A stretch of 64,000 bases of DNA from Candidatus Nanopelagicus sp. (GTDB taxonomy: Bacteria; Actinomycetota; Actinomycetes; Nanopelagicales; Nanopelagicaceae). The notes under the pieces were generated by a model that saw nothing but the letters and a program-made list of their open reading frames with translations, had not been told where the DNA came from and did not search any database. Positions 29,076 to 39,442 of the stretch are shown in pieces (position 1 is the first letter of the stretch; each line of letters opens with the position of its first letter). The stretch covers positions 11,484-75,483 of the forward strand of contig JBILCN010000001.1 in assembly GCA_044353095.1 (NCBI GenBank). The letters run 5' to 3'. The translations under genes and the position numbers were made by a program.

Positions 29076-30368
29076 TCAATTAACTCTTTCTACCACCAAT
29101 GGTAGGCGATTTATTTTTTCATCATTACCACCAATTGAAAATGAATCCATTAATGCATCTTTGGCTCGTTCAAACCTGGCACTTTCATCAGTATGTAATG
29201 TTAAAACTGGTTGGCCAGCCTTTACTAAATCTCCTGGCTTGGCGTGAATTTCAATGCCAGCACCTGCTTGAACAACCTCTCCTTGCTTGGAACGACCGGC
29301 ACCCAAGCGCCAGGCTGCAACTCCTACTTTCATTGCATCCAATGTTAAAAGCTGTCCATCTTGTTGGGCGGTGATTTCTATGCTCTCTTTTGCAACTGGA
29401 AGCGGTGCATCATTATCGCCACCTTGCGCTGCCACCATTTTGCGCCAAGCATCCATTGCCATTCCATTTTTCAAAGCGGTTGCAGGATCTACCTTGGGTT
29501 TAATTCCAACTGCATCTAGCATCTCAGTTGCAAGTAAAACAGTTAGCTCAACAACATCTGCTGGTCCACCACCAGATAAAACTTCTAATGTTTCGCGCAC
29601 TTCAAGGGCATTTCCAGCGGTTAAACCAAGCGGTACATCCATTGCAGTAACTAAGGCACGGGTGTTAACTCCTGCTCGTTTTCCTAATTCGACCATGGTT
29701 CTGGCAAGTAAGCCAGCATCCTTTGGATCACTCATGAAGGCACCGGAGCCAGTTTTAACATCGAGAATTAATGCACTAGTTCCTTCGGCAATCTTCTTGC
29801 TCATAATTGAAGATGCAATTAATGGAATTGATTCAACAGTTGCAGTTACATCACGTAGTGCGTAAAGTTTTTTATCAGCTGGTGCCAAACCTGCACCTGC
29901 TGCACAAATAACAGCGCCACAATCTTGCAAAACTTTTAACATCTCAGCATTACTTAATGAAGCTCGCCAGCCTTTAATCGACTCCATCTTGTCTAAGGTG
30001 CCGCCAGTATGGCCAAGGCCGCGACCAGAAAGTTGTGGAACTGCTGCGCCACATGCTGCAACTAATGGTGCTAATGGCAAAGTAATTTTGTCGCCAACAC
30101 CGCCAGTTGAATGTTTATCAACTGTTGGCCGATCCAACATAGACCAATTCATTTTTTCACCACTCAAGATCATGGCATCGGTCCAGCGCGAGATTTCGCG
30201 GTTGTTCATACCATTTAACAAAATAGCCATTAGCAAAGCTGACATCTGCTCATCAGCAATTACACCGCGGGTATAAGCGTTTATCGTCCAATCAATTTGC
30301 GCATCACTTAATTCAAATTTGTCTCGCTTAGCCGAAATAATTTCAACCGCTGCAAAGGGCTCTATCAC
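29076..30368 (-). CDS. deoA: Thymidine/pyrimidine nucleoside phosphorylase
   Basis: DKHSTGGVGDK, SGRGLGHTGGTLDK, LRDVTATV, SIMSKK, DVKTGSGAFM. Confidence 0.93.
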   Translation of the reverse strand: MIEPFAAVEIISAKRDKFELSDAQIDWTINAYTRGVIADEQMSALLMAILLNGMNNREISRWTDAMILSGEKMNWSMLDRPTVDKHSTGGVGDKITLPLAPLVAACGAAVPQLSGRGLGHTGGTLDKMESIKGWRASLSNAEMLKVLQDCGAVICAAGAGLAPADKKLYALRDVTATVESIPLIASSIMSKKIAEGTSALILDVKTGSGAFMSDPKDAGLLARTMVELGKRAGVNTRALVTAMDVPLGLTAGNALEVRETLEVLSGGGPADVVELTVLLATEMLDAVGIKPKVDPATALKNGMAMDAWRKMVAAQGGDNDAPLPVAKESIEITAQQDGQLLTLDAMKVGVAAWRLGAGRSKQGEVVQAGAGIEIHAKPGDLVKAGQPVLTLHTDESARFERAKDALMDSFSIGGNDEKINRLPLVVERVN

Positions 30369-30754
30369 TTATTTAAATCCTCTGGTCCAAACGCCCATGG
30401 CAAGATGTATGACATTGGCTTTGGTCCATCTGGAGTCATAAGTAGCATCTCATTTCCACCATGCTCAAATAAAAGTTGCCGGCAGCGACCACATGGCGAT
30501 AAATAATTTCCTTCACCATCTACACATACAACTGCAATTAATCTGCCACCACCAGTGGCGGTTAATGATGAGATCAAGCCACACTCTGCACATAATCCAA
30601 CACCGTAACTGGCATTCTCGCTGTTGCAACCAACAACTACTCGACCATCATCTACTAATGCTGCAACGCCAACTTTAAAGTTTGAGTAAGGGGCGTAGGC
30701 TTTTTTCATTACCTCTTTTGCGGATATGTGTAGGGAGTCCCAATTAATTTCCAT
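30365..30754 (-). CDS. cdd: Cytidine deaminase
   Basis: AYAPYS.FKVG, ENASYG..LCAE, PCGRCRQ. Confidence 0.95.
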   Translation of the reverse strand: MEINWDSLHISAKEVMKKAYAPYSNFKVGVAALVDDGRVVVGCNSENASYGVGLCAECGLISSLTATGGGRLIAVVCVDGEGNYLSPCGRCRQLLFEHGGNEMLLMTPDGPKPMSYILPWAFGPEDLNK

Positions 30755-30779
30755 GGAGCAATTCTCCTACGAAATTAAA

Positions 30780-32036
30780 TTATTTATTACCGCGAGAGTA
30801 TGGGATTCCATCAGCCGCTGGGGCGCGAACCCGTCCAACTACGCCAGAGACAGCGATAATGGTTGCTAGATAAGGAATCATCAACATGAATTCAGATGGA
30901 ATAGCGGTACCAATTATTGAGAGAGTGCCCTGCAGATTATTAGCAAAACCAAAGAATAATGCAGCCATGATCGCACCCTTTGGTGTCCACTTTCCAAATA
31001 TCAAACATGCCAAGGCAATGAAACCAGCTCCTGCAGTCATCTCCTTCGAGAATGGGCCTACTGCACCAACCGTAAAGTAAGCACCGCCAGTGCCAGCAAC
31101 TAAGCCAGCAAACATTACATTTTTAAACCGAAGTCGATTTACATCAATTCCTACGCTATCTGCCGCAATAGGTAGTTCACCGATAGCACGAGTTCGAAGG
31201 CCCCACCGGCTCTTAAACAATGCAACCTGAATAAAAATTACAAATGCGTACATCAAATAAACAATGATCGTTTGATTAAATAATGTTGGCCCAATTACTG
31301 GGATCTTTGAAAGGAGTGGAATTGGAATGGTTGAGAAGCTGCCTCCAGCATTCCAGGTTTGCTCATTTGGGATAAGAAGTTTGGTATAGAAAAATCCCGT
31401 CAATCCTAAAACTAAAACATTAATTACAAATCCTAAAATAACCTGATCTACTTGGTACTTAATTGAGAAGTAAGCCAAAATTAAAGATATTAGTGCGCCC
31501 GCTAATGGTGCAACCAATAGTCCCATAATTATATTTTGAGTCACGCTGGCAATTACAGCTGATACGAAGGCGGCAAAGAGAAGTTGGCCCTCTATTGCAA
31601 TGTTAATTACACCAGATTTTTCACACAACAAGCCTGACATAGAACCAAATATCAGTGGCACCGAAAGCATGATGGCTCCCTGTAGCAAACCAGTAAATGG
31701 AATGAATTTTCCAGCAGCCGCCCAACAAAGGAAGGCCATGATCGTGCCGAAACCAAAGAAAAATGAACCAATATTTAAGCTTTTCTCCTGACGAAAACGC
31801 AGGTAGCCAATCGCAATTCCAATTGCTGCAATTGCTAGAAACAAAATCGCACCGGATCTGGAAGCAATAGTCCACTCATTAATTAATTTCCACTCCTCAC
31901 CTAAAATGAAGCCAAAGGTTATGTTCTCCTGGCTATCAGAGTTGAGGTAGAAGAGATAGAGAAAGCCGATTAGTAAAAGAGTCATGGTGGTCAAGCCTCT
32001 TACTTGTCGGCGCTGTTGATTACTTAGATTTTTCAT
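30780..32036 (-). CDS. Nucleoside ABC transporter permease (NupC/NupQ-like)
   Basis: EKSGVINIAIEG, GLRTRAIGE, G.GFIALA..IFGKW.P. TAATG overlap gives start 32036. Confidence 0.88.
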   Translation of the reverse strand: MKNLSNQQRRQVRGLTTMTLLLIGFLYLFYLNSDSQENITFGFILGEEWKLINEWTIASRSGAILFLAIAAIGIAIGYLRFRQEKSLNIGSFFFGFGTIMAFLCWAAAGKFIPFTGLLQGAIMLSVPLIFGSMSGLLCEKSGVINIAIEGQLLFAAFVSAVIASVTQNIIMGLLVAPLAGALISLILAYFSIKYQVDQVILGFVINVLVLGLTGFFYTKLLIPNEQTWNAGGSFSTIPIPLLSKIPVIGPTLFNQTIIVYLMYAFVIFIQVALFKSRWGLRTRAIGELPIAADSVGIDVNRLRFKNVMFAGLVAGTGGAYFTVGAVGPFSKEMTAGAGFIALACLIFGKWTPKGAIMAALFFGFANNLQGTLSIIGTAIPSEFMLMIPYLATIIAVSGVVGRVRAPAADGIPYSRGNK

Positions 32037-33211
32037 TAGCCATTCCAACCTTTGGCCGCCATTGAACTTTGATTTATAGATTTTTTAATTCTAAAAATTC
32101 CTTTCATCAATGCTGGCGCAGCAATAAATAGGACAATTAATGCTTGAATAATTTGAACAATCTCAAGTGGAGTTCCTGTATTTGATTGCAATGTCCGGCC
32201 ACCTGTTTGAAGGGCGCCAAATAAAAAAGCCGCAAATACAGTACCAATTGGCGTTGCTTGACCAAGTAAGGCAACGGTTATGGCATCAAAACCGAATGAG
32301 CCAGCTACGCCAGCGGTTAATGCGTATTCAGTTCCTAAAACATGGAGTGCACCACCTAGACCAGCAAGGGCCCCGCAGATGAACATAGTTGCTGTCGTAA
32401 CAAATGCAATTGAGATACCTGCTGATTTTGCAGCATTTGCGTTTGCACCAACTGCCCGGAATTTAAATCCTAAAGTGCTTCGATTAAGCAACCACCAAAC
32501 CAGAACTACAGCAGCTAATGAGATAAAAATACCTATGTGAACCCGTTGATCAATTCCGAAGAGTTTGGGTAATCGTGCACTTGGATTTACCTCTGGGGCA
32601 ATTGGATCAAATCGTTCAGGCCGCAAAAAAGTTTTTGTCTTTAGTAACCATAAAATAAATAACGCAGCTACATAATTAAGCATAATGGTGACAATAACTT
32701 CATGTGCACCAGTTTTTGCTTTCAGCAAACCAACTACACCGCCAAATAAGCCAGCTAAAATGATTCCAGTTAGCAAAGCTATGATCACATGCAACACTGG
32801 ATTAAACTCATATCTAAATCCGACATAAGAAGCACCAATTGCACCAAATATAAATTGACCTTGTGCACCAATATTAAACAAACCTGATTTAAATGCTAAA
32901 GCTACTGATAGACCAGCCAAGATTAATGGAGTAGTTGTAACGATGGTCTCTGACATTGGGTAAAAGCCTTGTTCCCAACCGGACTCTCGAGCTAAGTTGA
33001 TATCAAATATCGAGCCTTGAAAGATTGCTAGATAGGAATTTGCAATTTTAGCTCCTGCAGCAGTTAAAAACTTACCAGGTGATTTAATTTGATTCATTAG
33101 CTCTGAATCAGTTAAGACAATTACAACACCACCTAGAAAGAAGGCAGAAATAAATGCTAAAACTGGCAGCAGTACTTTGCCTTGAATACTTGCAAAGAAT
33201 TTATTTATCAC
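32036..33211 (-). CDS. Nucleoside ABC transporter permease (NupB/NupP-like)
   Basis: GLFNIGAQGQ, HEVIVTIMLNY, GFDAITVALLG. Confidence 0.88.
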   Translation of the reverse strand: MINKFFASIQGKVLLPVLAFISAFFLGGVVIVLTDSELMNQIKSPGKFLTAAGAKIANSYLAIFQGSIFDINLARESGWEQGFYPMSETIVTTTPLILAGLSVALAFKSGLFNIGAQGQFIFGAIGASYVGFRYEFNPVLHVIIALLTGIILAGLFGGVVGLLKAKTGAHEVIVTIMLNYVAALFILWLLKTKTFLRPERFDPIAPEVNPSARLPKLFGIDQRVHIGIFISLAAVVLVWWLLNRSTLGFKFRAVGANANAAKSAGISIAFVTTATMFICGALAGLGGALHVLGTEYALTAGVAGSFGFDAITVALLGQATPIGTVFAAFLFGALQTGGRTLQSNTGTPLEIVQIIQALIVLFIAAPALMKGIFRIKKSINQSSMAAKGWNG

Positions 33212-34701
33212 TTTACACCAGCCATCATTAATCCTAATTTTTCTCTGGTTACATCTGACTTTACAATCCCAACAATCTCACCTTTGTAAACAACGGCTAT
33301 GCGATCTGCTAGTGCGATAACCTCATCGAGCTCGGTGCTAATTAACAAAATTGCTTTGTTAGCGGCGCGCTCGGCCAATAATCGGTTGTAAACAAACTCA
33401 ATTGAACCTACATCTAAACCGCGGGTTGGTTGTGAGGCTATAACTAGTTTTACTGACCTTGAAAGCTCTCTAGCTAAAACTACTTTTTGCTTGTTACCGC
33501 CGGATAAAGAGGAGGCGGTGTCATAAATGCTTTGGGTGCGAACATCAAACTCTTTAATCAACTTTTGAGCGTTATCTCTTATGTACCCCATATCCATTAC
33601 CCCTCGTGATGCAACAGGGGATAAATCATGAGTATCTAGGATCAAATTTTCAGCAATACTAAAGGAGCCAATTAAGCCATCTAGCTCTCTTGATTCGGGG
33701 ATGTAAGCGATACCAGAATGAAGTGTGTCATTTACATTTTTACCAACTATTTCAACTGAATCTAATTTGATGGAACCAGTTACATGGGCCTCTAAATTCA
33801 TGATTGCTCTGGCTATCTCAGACTGACCATTACCTTGCACACCGGCAATTGCTAATATCTCTCCCGCCATTATTTCAAAGGATAAATCCTTAACTATTTT
33901 GCGACCGGTAGTATCAAATATATTTAGGTTAGATATTGCAAGGATATTATTTCCAGCAGTTACCGCAGATTTATCTGGGACTAAATCAACATCTCGGCCA
34001 ACCATCAAGCTGGCAAGCTCTTCCTGCGAAGTTGTGGGCGCAACTGATCCAACAACTTTTCCGCGGCGAATAATTGTGATCTTATTTGCAACCTCTTTTA
34101 CCTCACGCAATTTGTGAGTGATAAATATTATGGATCTTCCCTTGGCCCGTAATGCCCTCATCATATTTAAAAGTTCATCAGTTTCTTGTGGTGTCAAAAC
34201 CGCAGTAGGTTCATCTAAAATTAAAACCTTTGCGTCATACATAAGAGCGCGAATAATTTCTACCCGTTGTTGAATTCCTACTGGAATCTCTTCGATTAAT
34301 GCATCTGGATCAATTTCAAATTTAAACTCATCGGCGATCTCTTTAATCTTTGACTTTGCTTGATCAAGCGTCAAAATTCCGCGCTTTGTTTGTTCATGCC
34401 CCAAGACAATATTTTCAGCAACTGTGAAAACTGGTACCAACATAAAGTGTTGATGCACCATGCCTATACCTAAATTAAGGGCGTCGGCTGGTTGCAAAAT
34501 TTTTACAACCTTTTGATCAATTGAAATGCTGCCTGAGTCTGGTTGCAATAAACCGTAGACGATGTTCATTAAGGTGGATTTACCAGCACCATTTTCACCA
34601 AGAATTGCGTGGATCTCACCATCTGCAACCTTTAAATCTATTGCATCATTAGCTAAAAAGGTTCCAAAAGATTTGGTAATCCCCTTTAACTCTAATGACA
34701 T
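33208..34701 (-). CDS. Nucleoside ABC transporter ATP-binding protein (two NBDs)
   Basis: GENGAGKST, LDEPT, GVQGNGQ, LSGGNKQK, QPTRGLDVG. Confidence 0.92.
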   Translation of the reverse strand: MSLELKGITKSFGTFLANDAIDLKVADGEIHAILGENGAGKSTLMNIVYGLLQPDSGSISIDQKVVKILQPADALNLGIGMVHQHFMLVPVFTVAENIVLGHEQTKRGILTLDQAKSKIKEIADEFKFEIDPDALIEEIPVGIQQRVEIIRALMYDAKVLILDEPTAVLTPQETDELLNMMRALRAKGRSIIFITHKLREVKEVANKITIIRRGKVVGSVAPTTSQEELASLMVGRDVDLVPDKSAVTAGNNILAISNLNIFDTTGRKIVKDLSFEIMAGEILAIAGVQGNGQSEIARAIMNLEAHVTGSIKLDSVEIVGKNVNDTLHSGIAYIPESRELDGLIGSFSIAENLILDTHDLSPVASRGVMDMGYIRDNAQKLIKEFDVRTQSIYDTASSLSGGNKQKVVLARELSRSVKLVIASQPTRGLDVGSIEFVYNRLLAERAANKAILLISTELDEVIALADRIAVVYKGEIVGIVKSDVTREKLGLMMAGVK

Positions 34702-34725
34702 TTCTTCTCCTATTAATTTGCAGTC

Positions 34726-34764
34726 AAATAGAAACTGGGTGAGTTAGATTTCTAACTCACCCAG
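34726..34764 (-). terminator. Strong hairpin / intrinsic terminator between the bmp gene and the ATPase
   Basis: Perfect 14-bp inverted repeat CTGGGTGAGTTAGA (34735-34748) / TCTAACTCACCCAG (34751-34764), followed by TTTCTATTT on the minus strand. Confidence 0.75.
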
Positions 34765-34799
34765 CGATACTACTGACTGATCAACTTTTAGTCGATCAA

Positions 34800-35831
34800 T
34801 TAACTGACTGGAACCCAGCCACCTGCAATATCTGTTCCTAGATCTCTTACTTCTTTTTGAAGTGATGCAGGAATCTTCTTGCTCCATGAAGGAGTAATTA
34901 GATATCCAACACCCTTATTCTTCAATGTTCCAACATACGCTGTATTTTTGAACTTGCCATCAAAGGCCTCTTTCACAGTTGCAAGTACGCCTTCATTTAG
35001 ACCCTTTAGTGCAGATACTGGTGTAACTGAAGCAAACTTAGCTCCAGTTGCCATAACGGCAGCATCAACCCAAATTACATTGGACTTCTTGCTCTTAACG
35101 CTATTACCAGCAGTTACTTCCTGCATTCCACCAGACACTGGGAAAATTACATCTGCTCCCTGTTGCTCAAATCCAATTGAAGTTGCAAGTGCCTTAGTCG
35201 AATCAACAAATGAACCAAGGAAGGTACCGGTCTTAGTTGCAGTATTCCAACCAAGAACTTGAACATTCTTACTCTTTACATCGTTGTAGTACTCAACACC
35301 TCTTGCGTAACCATCCATGAAGATTGTTACAGTTGGAAGTTGAATTCCACCGTATGTAGCAACTTTGCCTGTCTTTGACATGCCAGCTGCAAGGTAACCA
35401 ATCAAGAATGAGTTCTCATCTGTCTTGAAGGTAATTCCCTTAACATTTGCTGCACCTGAAATGTCATCAACAATTGCATACTTAATTCCTGGGTTTGCTG
35501 CTGCAGAGGTTTTAATTGCATCGGATAATGTGTATCCAACACCGATGATCAAAGTACATTTCTTATCTACAAAGTTCTTTAGATTCGGCACGTAATCTGC
35601 AGGAGATTTAGCAGGTAAGTACTCAACAGTAGATGCATATCCCTTTGCTTTAGCAGCTAATGCACCTGCATATGAGGTTTGGTTAAATGATTTGTCGTTG
35701 ATGCCGCCAGTATCTAGCGCAACACAAACTTTTTGCTTAGTTCCGGCTGCTTGTGCAGCTGGAGCAACAGCAACGCCAGCAACAAGTGTTGATGCGGCGA
35801 TGATGCTTAAAACACGTAGTTTCTTGCTCAA
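34800..35831 (-). CDS. BMP-family nucleoside-binding protein
   Basis: GGINDKSFNQ, YAIVDD, F...E.S.L.GYLAA, GADVIFPV, IWVD. TTG start with SD GGAGG. Confidence 0.9.
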   Translation of the reverse strand: MSKKLRVLSIIAASTLVAGVAVAPAAQAAGTKQKVCVALDTGGINDKSFNQTSYAGALAAKAKGYASTVEYLPAKSPADYVPNLKNFVDKKCTLIIGVGYTLSDAIKTSAAANPGIKYAIVDDISGAANVKGITFKTDENSFLIGYLAAGMSKTGKVATYGGIQLPTVTIFMDGYARGVEYYNDVKSKNVQVLGWNTATKTGTFLGSFVDSTKALATSIGFEQQGADVIFPVSGGMQEVTAGNSVKSKKSNVIWVDAAVMATGAKFASVTPVSALKGLNEGVLATVKEAFDGKFKNTAYVGTLKNKGVGYLITPSWSKKIPASLQKEVRDLGTDIAGGWVPVS

Positions 35832-35985
35832 TTGGCCCTCCTAGGTAGGGTGTGTAGGTTGTGGGCTGACCCTATATGCAAGATCGAAAACAACTGGCGC
35901 AACGCCATTGGCTGATTATTACAATTTAGATTCTCAGTAGTAAACCCTAAATTAAGAGTTTAAAGTTTTATGCGCAGGAATTCCT

Positions 35986-36987
35986 TTAGGGCTTAATTTT
36001 CCCAGACTTTATCGCAGCTGAAATTGCCTGCACTCCTGACGGAAGTCCTTTTCCTGAAACTAAGGCCACCGCAAGCCCACCCTCATTGATGCCATATCTT
36101 CGACCGTAAATTCCCTTACTGGCATCTAAAATATCTAATATATTTTTATTTGCTAGCTCGGTTGCAATTATCTGCTCGACTACAAAATCATATCTTTTCT
36201 TAACAACCAAGTACTGATTCTTTTTTCCAGCAGAAATATTTAAGAAAAACTGATCTGGCAGCACACCTGAAATCAATGCTTTTCGGCCCCTATTATTTAA
36301 ACCAGCAATCGTGGAAATAACTAAATCAGATTTACTCCAAGTTGAAAAAATTTGATCATTGCCCGCTACAACTAATGCCTGTATATCTGCACCACTTGAT
36401 TGATCAATTAACGCACTGCTTACTCTGATCTTTGAGTTAACACTCTTTGCGCCTCTGGTGAACACGGCAAGATTTACAGTTGCTACTGAGTCTGTCTTAT
36501 CAGCTATAAAGGCAATTTTGCCACTCTTTGAGGCAGCAGCAAGTGCTGCACCGGCTAGATAAAGACCCTGAGAGAGTACAAATGAGAGGTTTGAAACATT
36601 TGTAAGTGCAACTGATTCATCATCGATGATGGCAAATTGTGTGTTTGGGTACTCATTTGCAATTCGTTTCACCGTATCCGCATACGCTGCGCCAATACAA
36701 ATTATTAACTTGTAATTGTTTTTTGCTAGAAATCGGACCCTGGTGATGCGATCGCCCAATGTGCCATTAGTAATCTGCTCTCGGATATCTAGTGGATTAA
36801 GATTATTTTTCTTGATTGCTCGTGCAATTCCAAGCGCAGCAAGATCATTAACTCCGTTATCACCACGACCACCCTCTGCATAGACGATGGCAATTTTGAT
36901 TGGTGCTGCCTGCGCGGAGTTAATTGGTGAAAGTATGGAGAGTAAAAGAACCAGGCTGATGAAAACTTTTTGGGTTTGCTTAGCCAT
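35986..36987 (-). CDS. Second, divergent BMP-family solute-binding protein
   Basis: [39 protein letters not shown]. 8-nt overlap with the trpS stop. Confidence 0.75.
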   Translation of the reverse strand: MAKQTQKVFISLVLLLSILSPINSAQAAPIKIAIVYAEGGRGDNGVNDLAALGIARAIKKNNLNPLDIREQITNGTLGDRITRVRFLAKNNYKLIICIGAAYADTVKRIANEYPNTQFAIIDDESVALTNVSNLSFVLSQGLYLAGAALAAASKSGKIAFIADKTDSVATVNLAVFTRGAKSVNSKIRVSSALIDQSSGADIQALVVAGNDQIFSTWSKSDLVISTIAGLNNRGRKALISGVLPDQFFLNISAGKKNQYLVVKKRYDFVVEQIIATELANKNILDILDASKGIYGRRYGINEGGLAVALVSGKGLPSGVQAISAAIKSGKIKP

Positions 36988-37984
36988 TTGAAATCAGACC
37001 TAAAGCTGCATATGTATCAGCTAGTGTCTTACTTGCAACCGCTTCAGCTTTTTCAGCACCACTCTTTAGAATCTGAAGTAGTTGCGCTTTATCACTCATT
37101 AACTCCTCGGTCTTCTTACGGATCGGATCAAGGGCTGCGATCACAACTTCGGCCACTGAAACTTTAAAATCGCCATAACCTTTTCCAGCAAATTCTGCCT
37201 CTAAATCAGCGATTGATTTTCCAGAAAAAGCAGAGTGAATTGTTAGTAAGTTTGAGATTCCACTCTTCTCGACTGGATCAAATTTAACCTCGCGGCCCGT
37301 ATCTGTTACTGAAGATTTAAACTTTTTCAAAGTCACATCCGGAGTATCTAATAACTCAATTACCCCAGCCATTGAGTTAGCGGATTTACTCATCTTGGCA
37401 GTTGGTTCTTGCAGATCATTGATCTTCGCCATTGATTTAATTATGTGCGCTTCTGGAATTGTAAAAACTTCTTTGTACTTACTATTAAAGCGTTGTCCTA
37501 AATCTCTGGTTAATTCAATATGCTGTCTTTGGTCCTCTCCTACCGGCACATTATTTGCTTGATACAACAAGATGTCTGCTGCTTGCAAAATTGGGTAGGT
37601 AAATAAACCAACATTTGTTCGATCAGCGCCACCCTTTTGTGATTTATCTTTAAATTGCGTCATTCGGCCCGCTTCACCAAAGCCGGTTAAACATTCAAGT
37701 ACCCAAGCTAATTGGTTATGTGCTGGTACATGAGACTGAACAAATAAGGTACATAACTTTGGATCGACGCCAACTGCAATCAACTGGGCGGCAGAAAGCA
37801 GGGTTCGCTTTGCAAGTAATTTTGGATCAGTTTCAACAGTTAAGGCATGAAGATCTACAACACAATAAAAAGCATCATGGCTTTGTTGTAGATCAACCCA
37901 TTGTTTAATCGCACCTAAGTAATTGCCAAGATGAAAGGAGTCATGGGTTGGTTGAATTCCAGATAAAACACGTTTCTTAGTCAT
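36980..37984 (-). CDS. trpS: Tryptophan--tRNA ligase
   Basis: [36 protein letters not shown]. Confidence 0.95.
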   Translation of the reverse strand: MTKKRVLSGIQPTHDSFHLGNYLGAIKQWVDLQQSHDAFYCVVDLHALTVETDPKLLAKRTLLSAAQLIAVGVDPKLCTLFVQSHVPAHNQLAWVLECLTGFGEAGRMTQFKDKSQKGGADRTNVGLFTYPILQAADILLYQANNVPVGEDQRQHIELTRDLGQRFNSKYKEVFTIPEAHIIKSMAKINDLQEPTAKMSKSANSMAGVIELLDTPDVTLKKFKSSVTDTGREVKFDPVEKSGISNLLTIHSAFSGKSIADLEAEFAGKGYGDFKVSVAEVVIAALDPIRKKTEELMSDKAQLLQILKSGAEKAEAVASKTLADTYAALGLISNG

Positions 37985-37985
37985 A

Positions 37986-39272
37986 TTAAATCTCATCTCG
38001 GGCGGCTAAAACTTGACCTACACGTTTTCCACTCATGGAGATAACTGTAAATCTAGCGCCATTGACGCGAACAACATCATGCTCTACTGCGATTCGTCCC
38101 AAGAAATGCATTATGAAACCACTTAGCGTTTCATAAGGTCCCTCTGGTAGTACAACACCAATGCTTTCCTGTAACTCTTCTAGTGAAATTAAGCCATCAA
38201 GTTCTAAATCGCCAGTGCGTGGTGAAATCTCAATCTCACCTTCATGTGCGTCATATTCATCATGTATTTCACCAATTAAACATTCAACTAGATCTTCCAA
38301 TGTAACAATTCCATCTGTACCACCATACTCATCTAAAACAATTGCAATATGTTGACGTTTAGATCGCATCTCTGTCAGTGCTGGCAATACACCCTTTGTG
38401 CCAGGCAAAAACTGCACACTTCGAACTAATTCAATAATTGTGATCTCAGAATCATCTAACTTTGGATTAAGTAAATCACGCACATGCAAAAAACCAATTA
38501 CCTCATCACTAGTACCTCGAATTACCGGATAACGAGAGTGAGTCATTTCAACTGCAACTTTGCGGGCCTGTGCAATCGGCAAAGATGCATCAAGAAAATC
38601 AACCTCGGTGCGCGGCACCATCACTTCATGAATTAATCGATCACTTGCGTTAAACACCTCTTCGACAATCTCGCGCTCTTCCACCGTCAGATCTGAGTGG
38701 CCAGAAACTAAATCCATTAATTCAGCCTCTGAGATTTGGTCCTTAACGCTTTTAGCGTCAACACCAAAGAGTCGAACAATCATGTTAGTTGAATGCGAAA
38801 GTAGCCAAATGACTGGCGCAAAAAACTTTGCAACTAAATCGATTACATTTGATGAGGCGAGCGCAATTGGTTCTGCACGATGCAAAGCAAGTCGCTTTGG
38901 TACTAACTCACCAAATACCAATGAGATATAAGCAATCACTAAGGTAATACCGACTAAGGAGATAATCTCACTGGCACTTTGAGAAATACCAATCTCAACC
39001 AACTCTGGAATTACATACTTACCTAATTGTTCAGCTCCCAATGCGGCAGATAAAAATCCACAAAGAGTTACCCCAATTTGGACCGCTGCTAAAAATCGGT
39101 TTGGGTTCTTTGTTAAAAAGGCTACCTTGGCACCACGTTTGCCCCGAAGTGAGATCTGTTTGACCTGGCTATCGCGCAGTGAGATTAGGGCGATTTCAGC
39201 GGCCACGAAAAAAGCGCCCAGCCCAATTAGGCCAAGGACGATTGCAATGCTTTTCAAAAGCTCGTAAGCCAT
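37986..39272 (-). CDS. Hemolysin/CNNM (CorC-HlyC) family membrane protein with CBS pair
   Basis: [57 protein letters not shown]7-ATG supports start 39272. Confidence 0.9.
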   Translation of the reverse strand: MAYELLKSIAIVLGLIGLGAFFVAAEIALISLRDSQVKQISLRGKRGAKVAFLTKNPNRFLAAVQIGVTLCGFLSAALGAEQLGKYVIPELVEIGISQSASEIISLVGITLVIAYISLVFGELVPKRLALHRAEPIALASSNVIDLVAKFFAPVIWLLSHSTNMIVRLFGVDAKSVKDQISEAELMDLVSGHSDLTVEEREIVEEVFNASDRLIHEVMVPRTEVDFLDASLPIAQARKVAVEMTHSRYPVIRGTSDEVIGFLHVRDLLNPKLDDSEITIIELVRSVQFLPGTKGVLPALTEMRSKRQHIAIVLDEYGGTDGIVTLEDLVECLIGEIHDEYDAHEGEIEISPRTGDLELDGLISLEELQESIGVVLPEGPYETLSGFIMHFLGRIAVEHDVVRVNGARFTVISMSGKRVGQVLAARDEI

Positions 39273-39389
39273 ATCTCTAATGGTATCGGGGATGAACTGC
39301 CCCAGGCCCACCTGCTGAGATAGCGCTCCAGCCCCTTCACAATTTCCGGGTAAGTGTCGTAACCTTTGCCAACTCTCACAACCGTGAGA

Positions 39390-39435
39390 CCTTCATCCAA
39401 CGGATCGTCGGGCACGTACCTGCCCGGAGAAGGAG
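39390..39435 (+). ncRNA. msiK cis-regulatory RNA motif (5' UTR)
   Basis: Three-way junction: CCTTC (39390-94) pairs GAAGG (39429-33, overlapping the SD); ATCC-aac-GGAT; CGGGCA-cgtacc-TGCCCG. Directly upstream of msiK, the context known for the Rfam msiK motif. Candidate -10 TAACCT at 39360-39365. Confidence 0.8.
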
Positions 39436-39442
39436 TAAAGAA

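Noticed and set aside
29287-29865. 192-aa plus-strand ORF antisense to deoA
   Set aside because: Antisense shadow with Ser/Ala/Pro-rich composition; fully overlaps a conserved gene.
35895-35907. TGGCG-caa-CGCCA inverted repeat, or a purine riboswitch, upstream of bmp1
   Set aside because: A 5-bp arm is too short to support, and no purine-riboswitch core is visible.
39283-39345. GC-rich stretch ending in ...CCCCGATACCA on the minus strand, considered as a tRNA or riboswitch
   Set aside because: No cloverleaf, no TTC loop and no recognisable riboswitch consensus. TACCAT is better explained as the -10 of the leaderless hemolysin gene.
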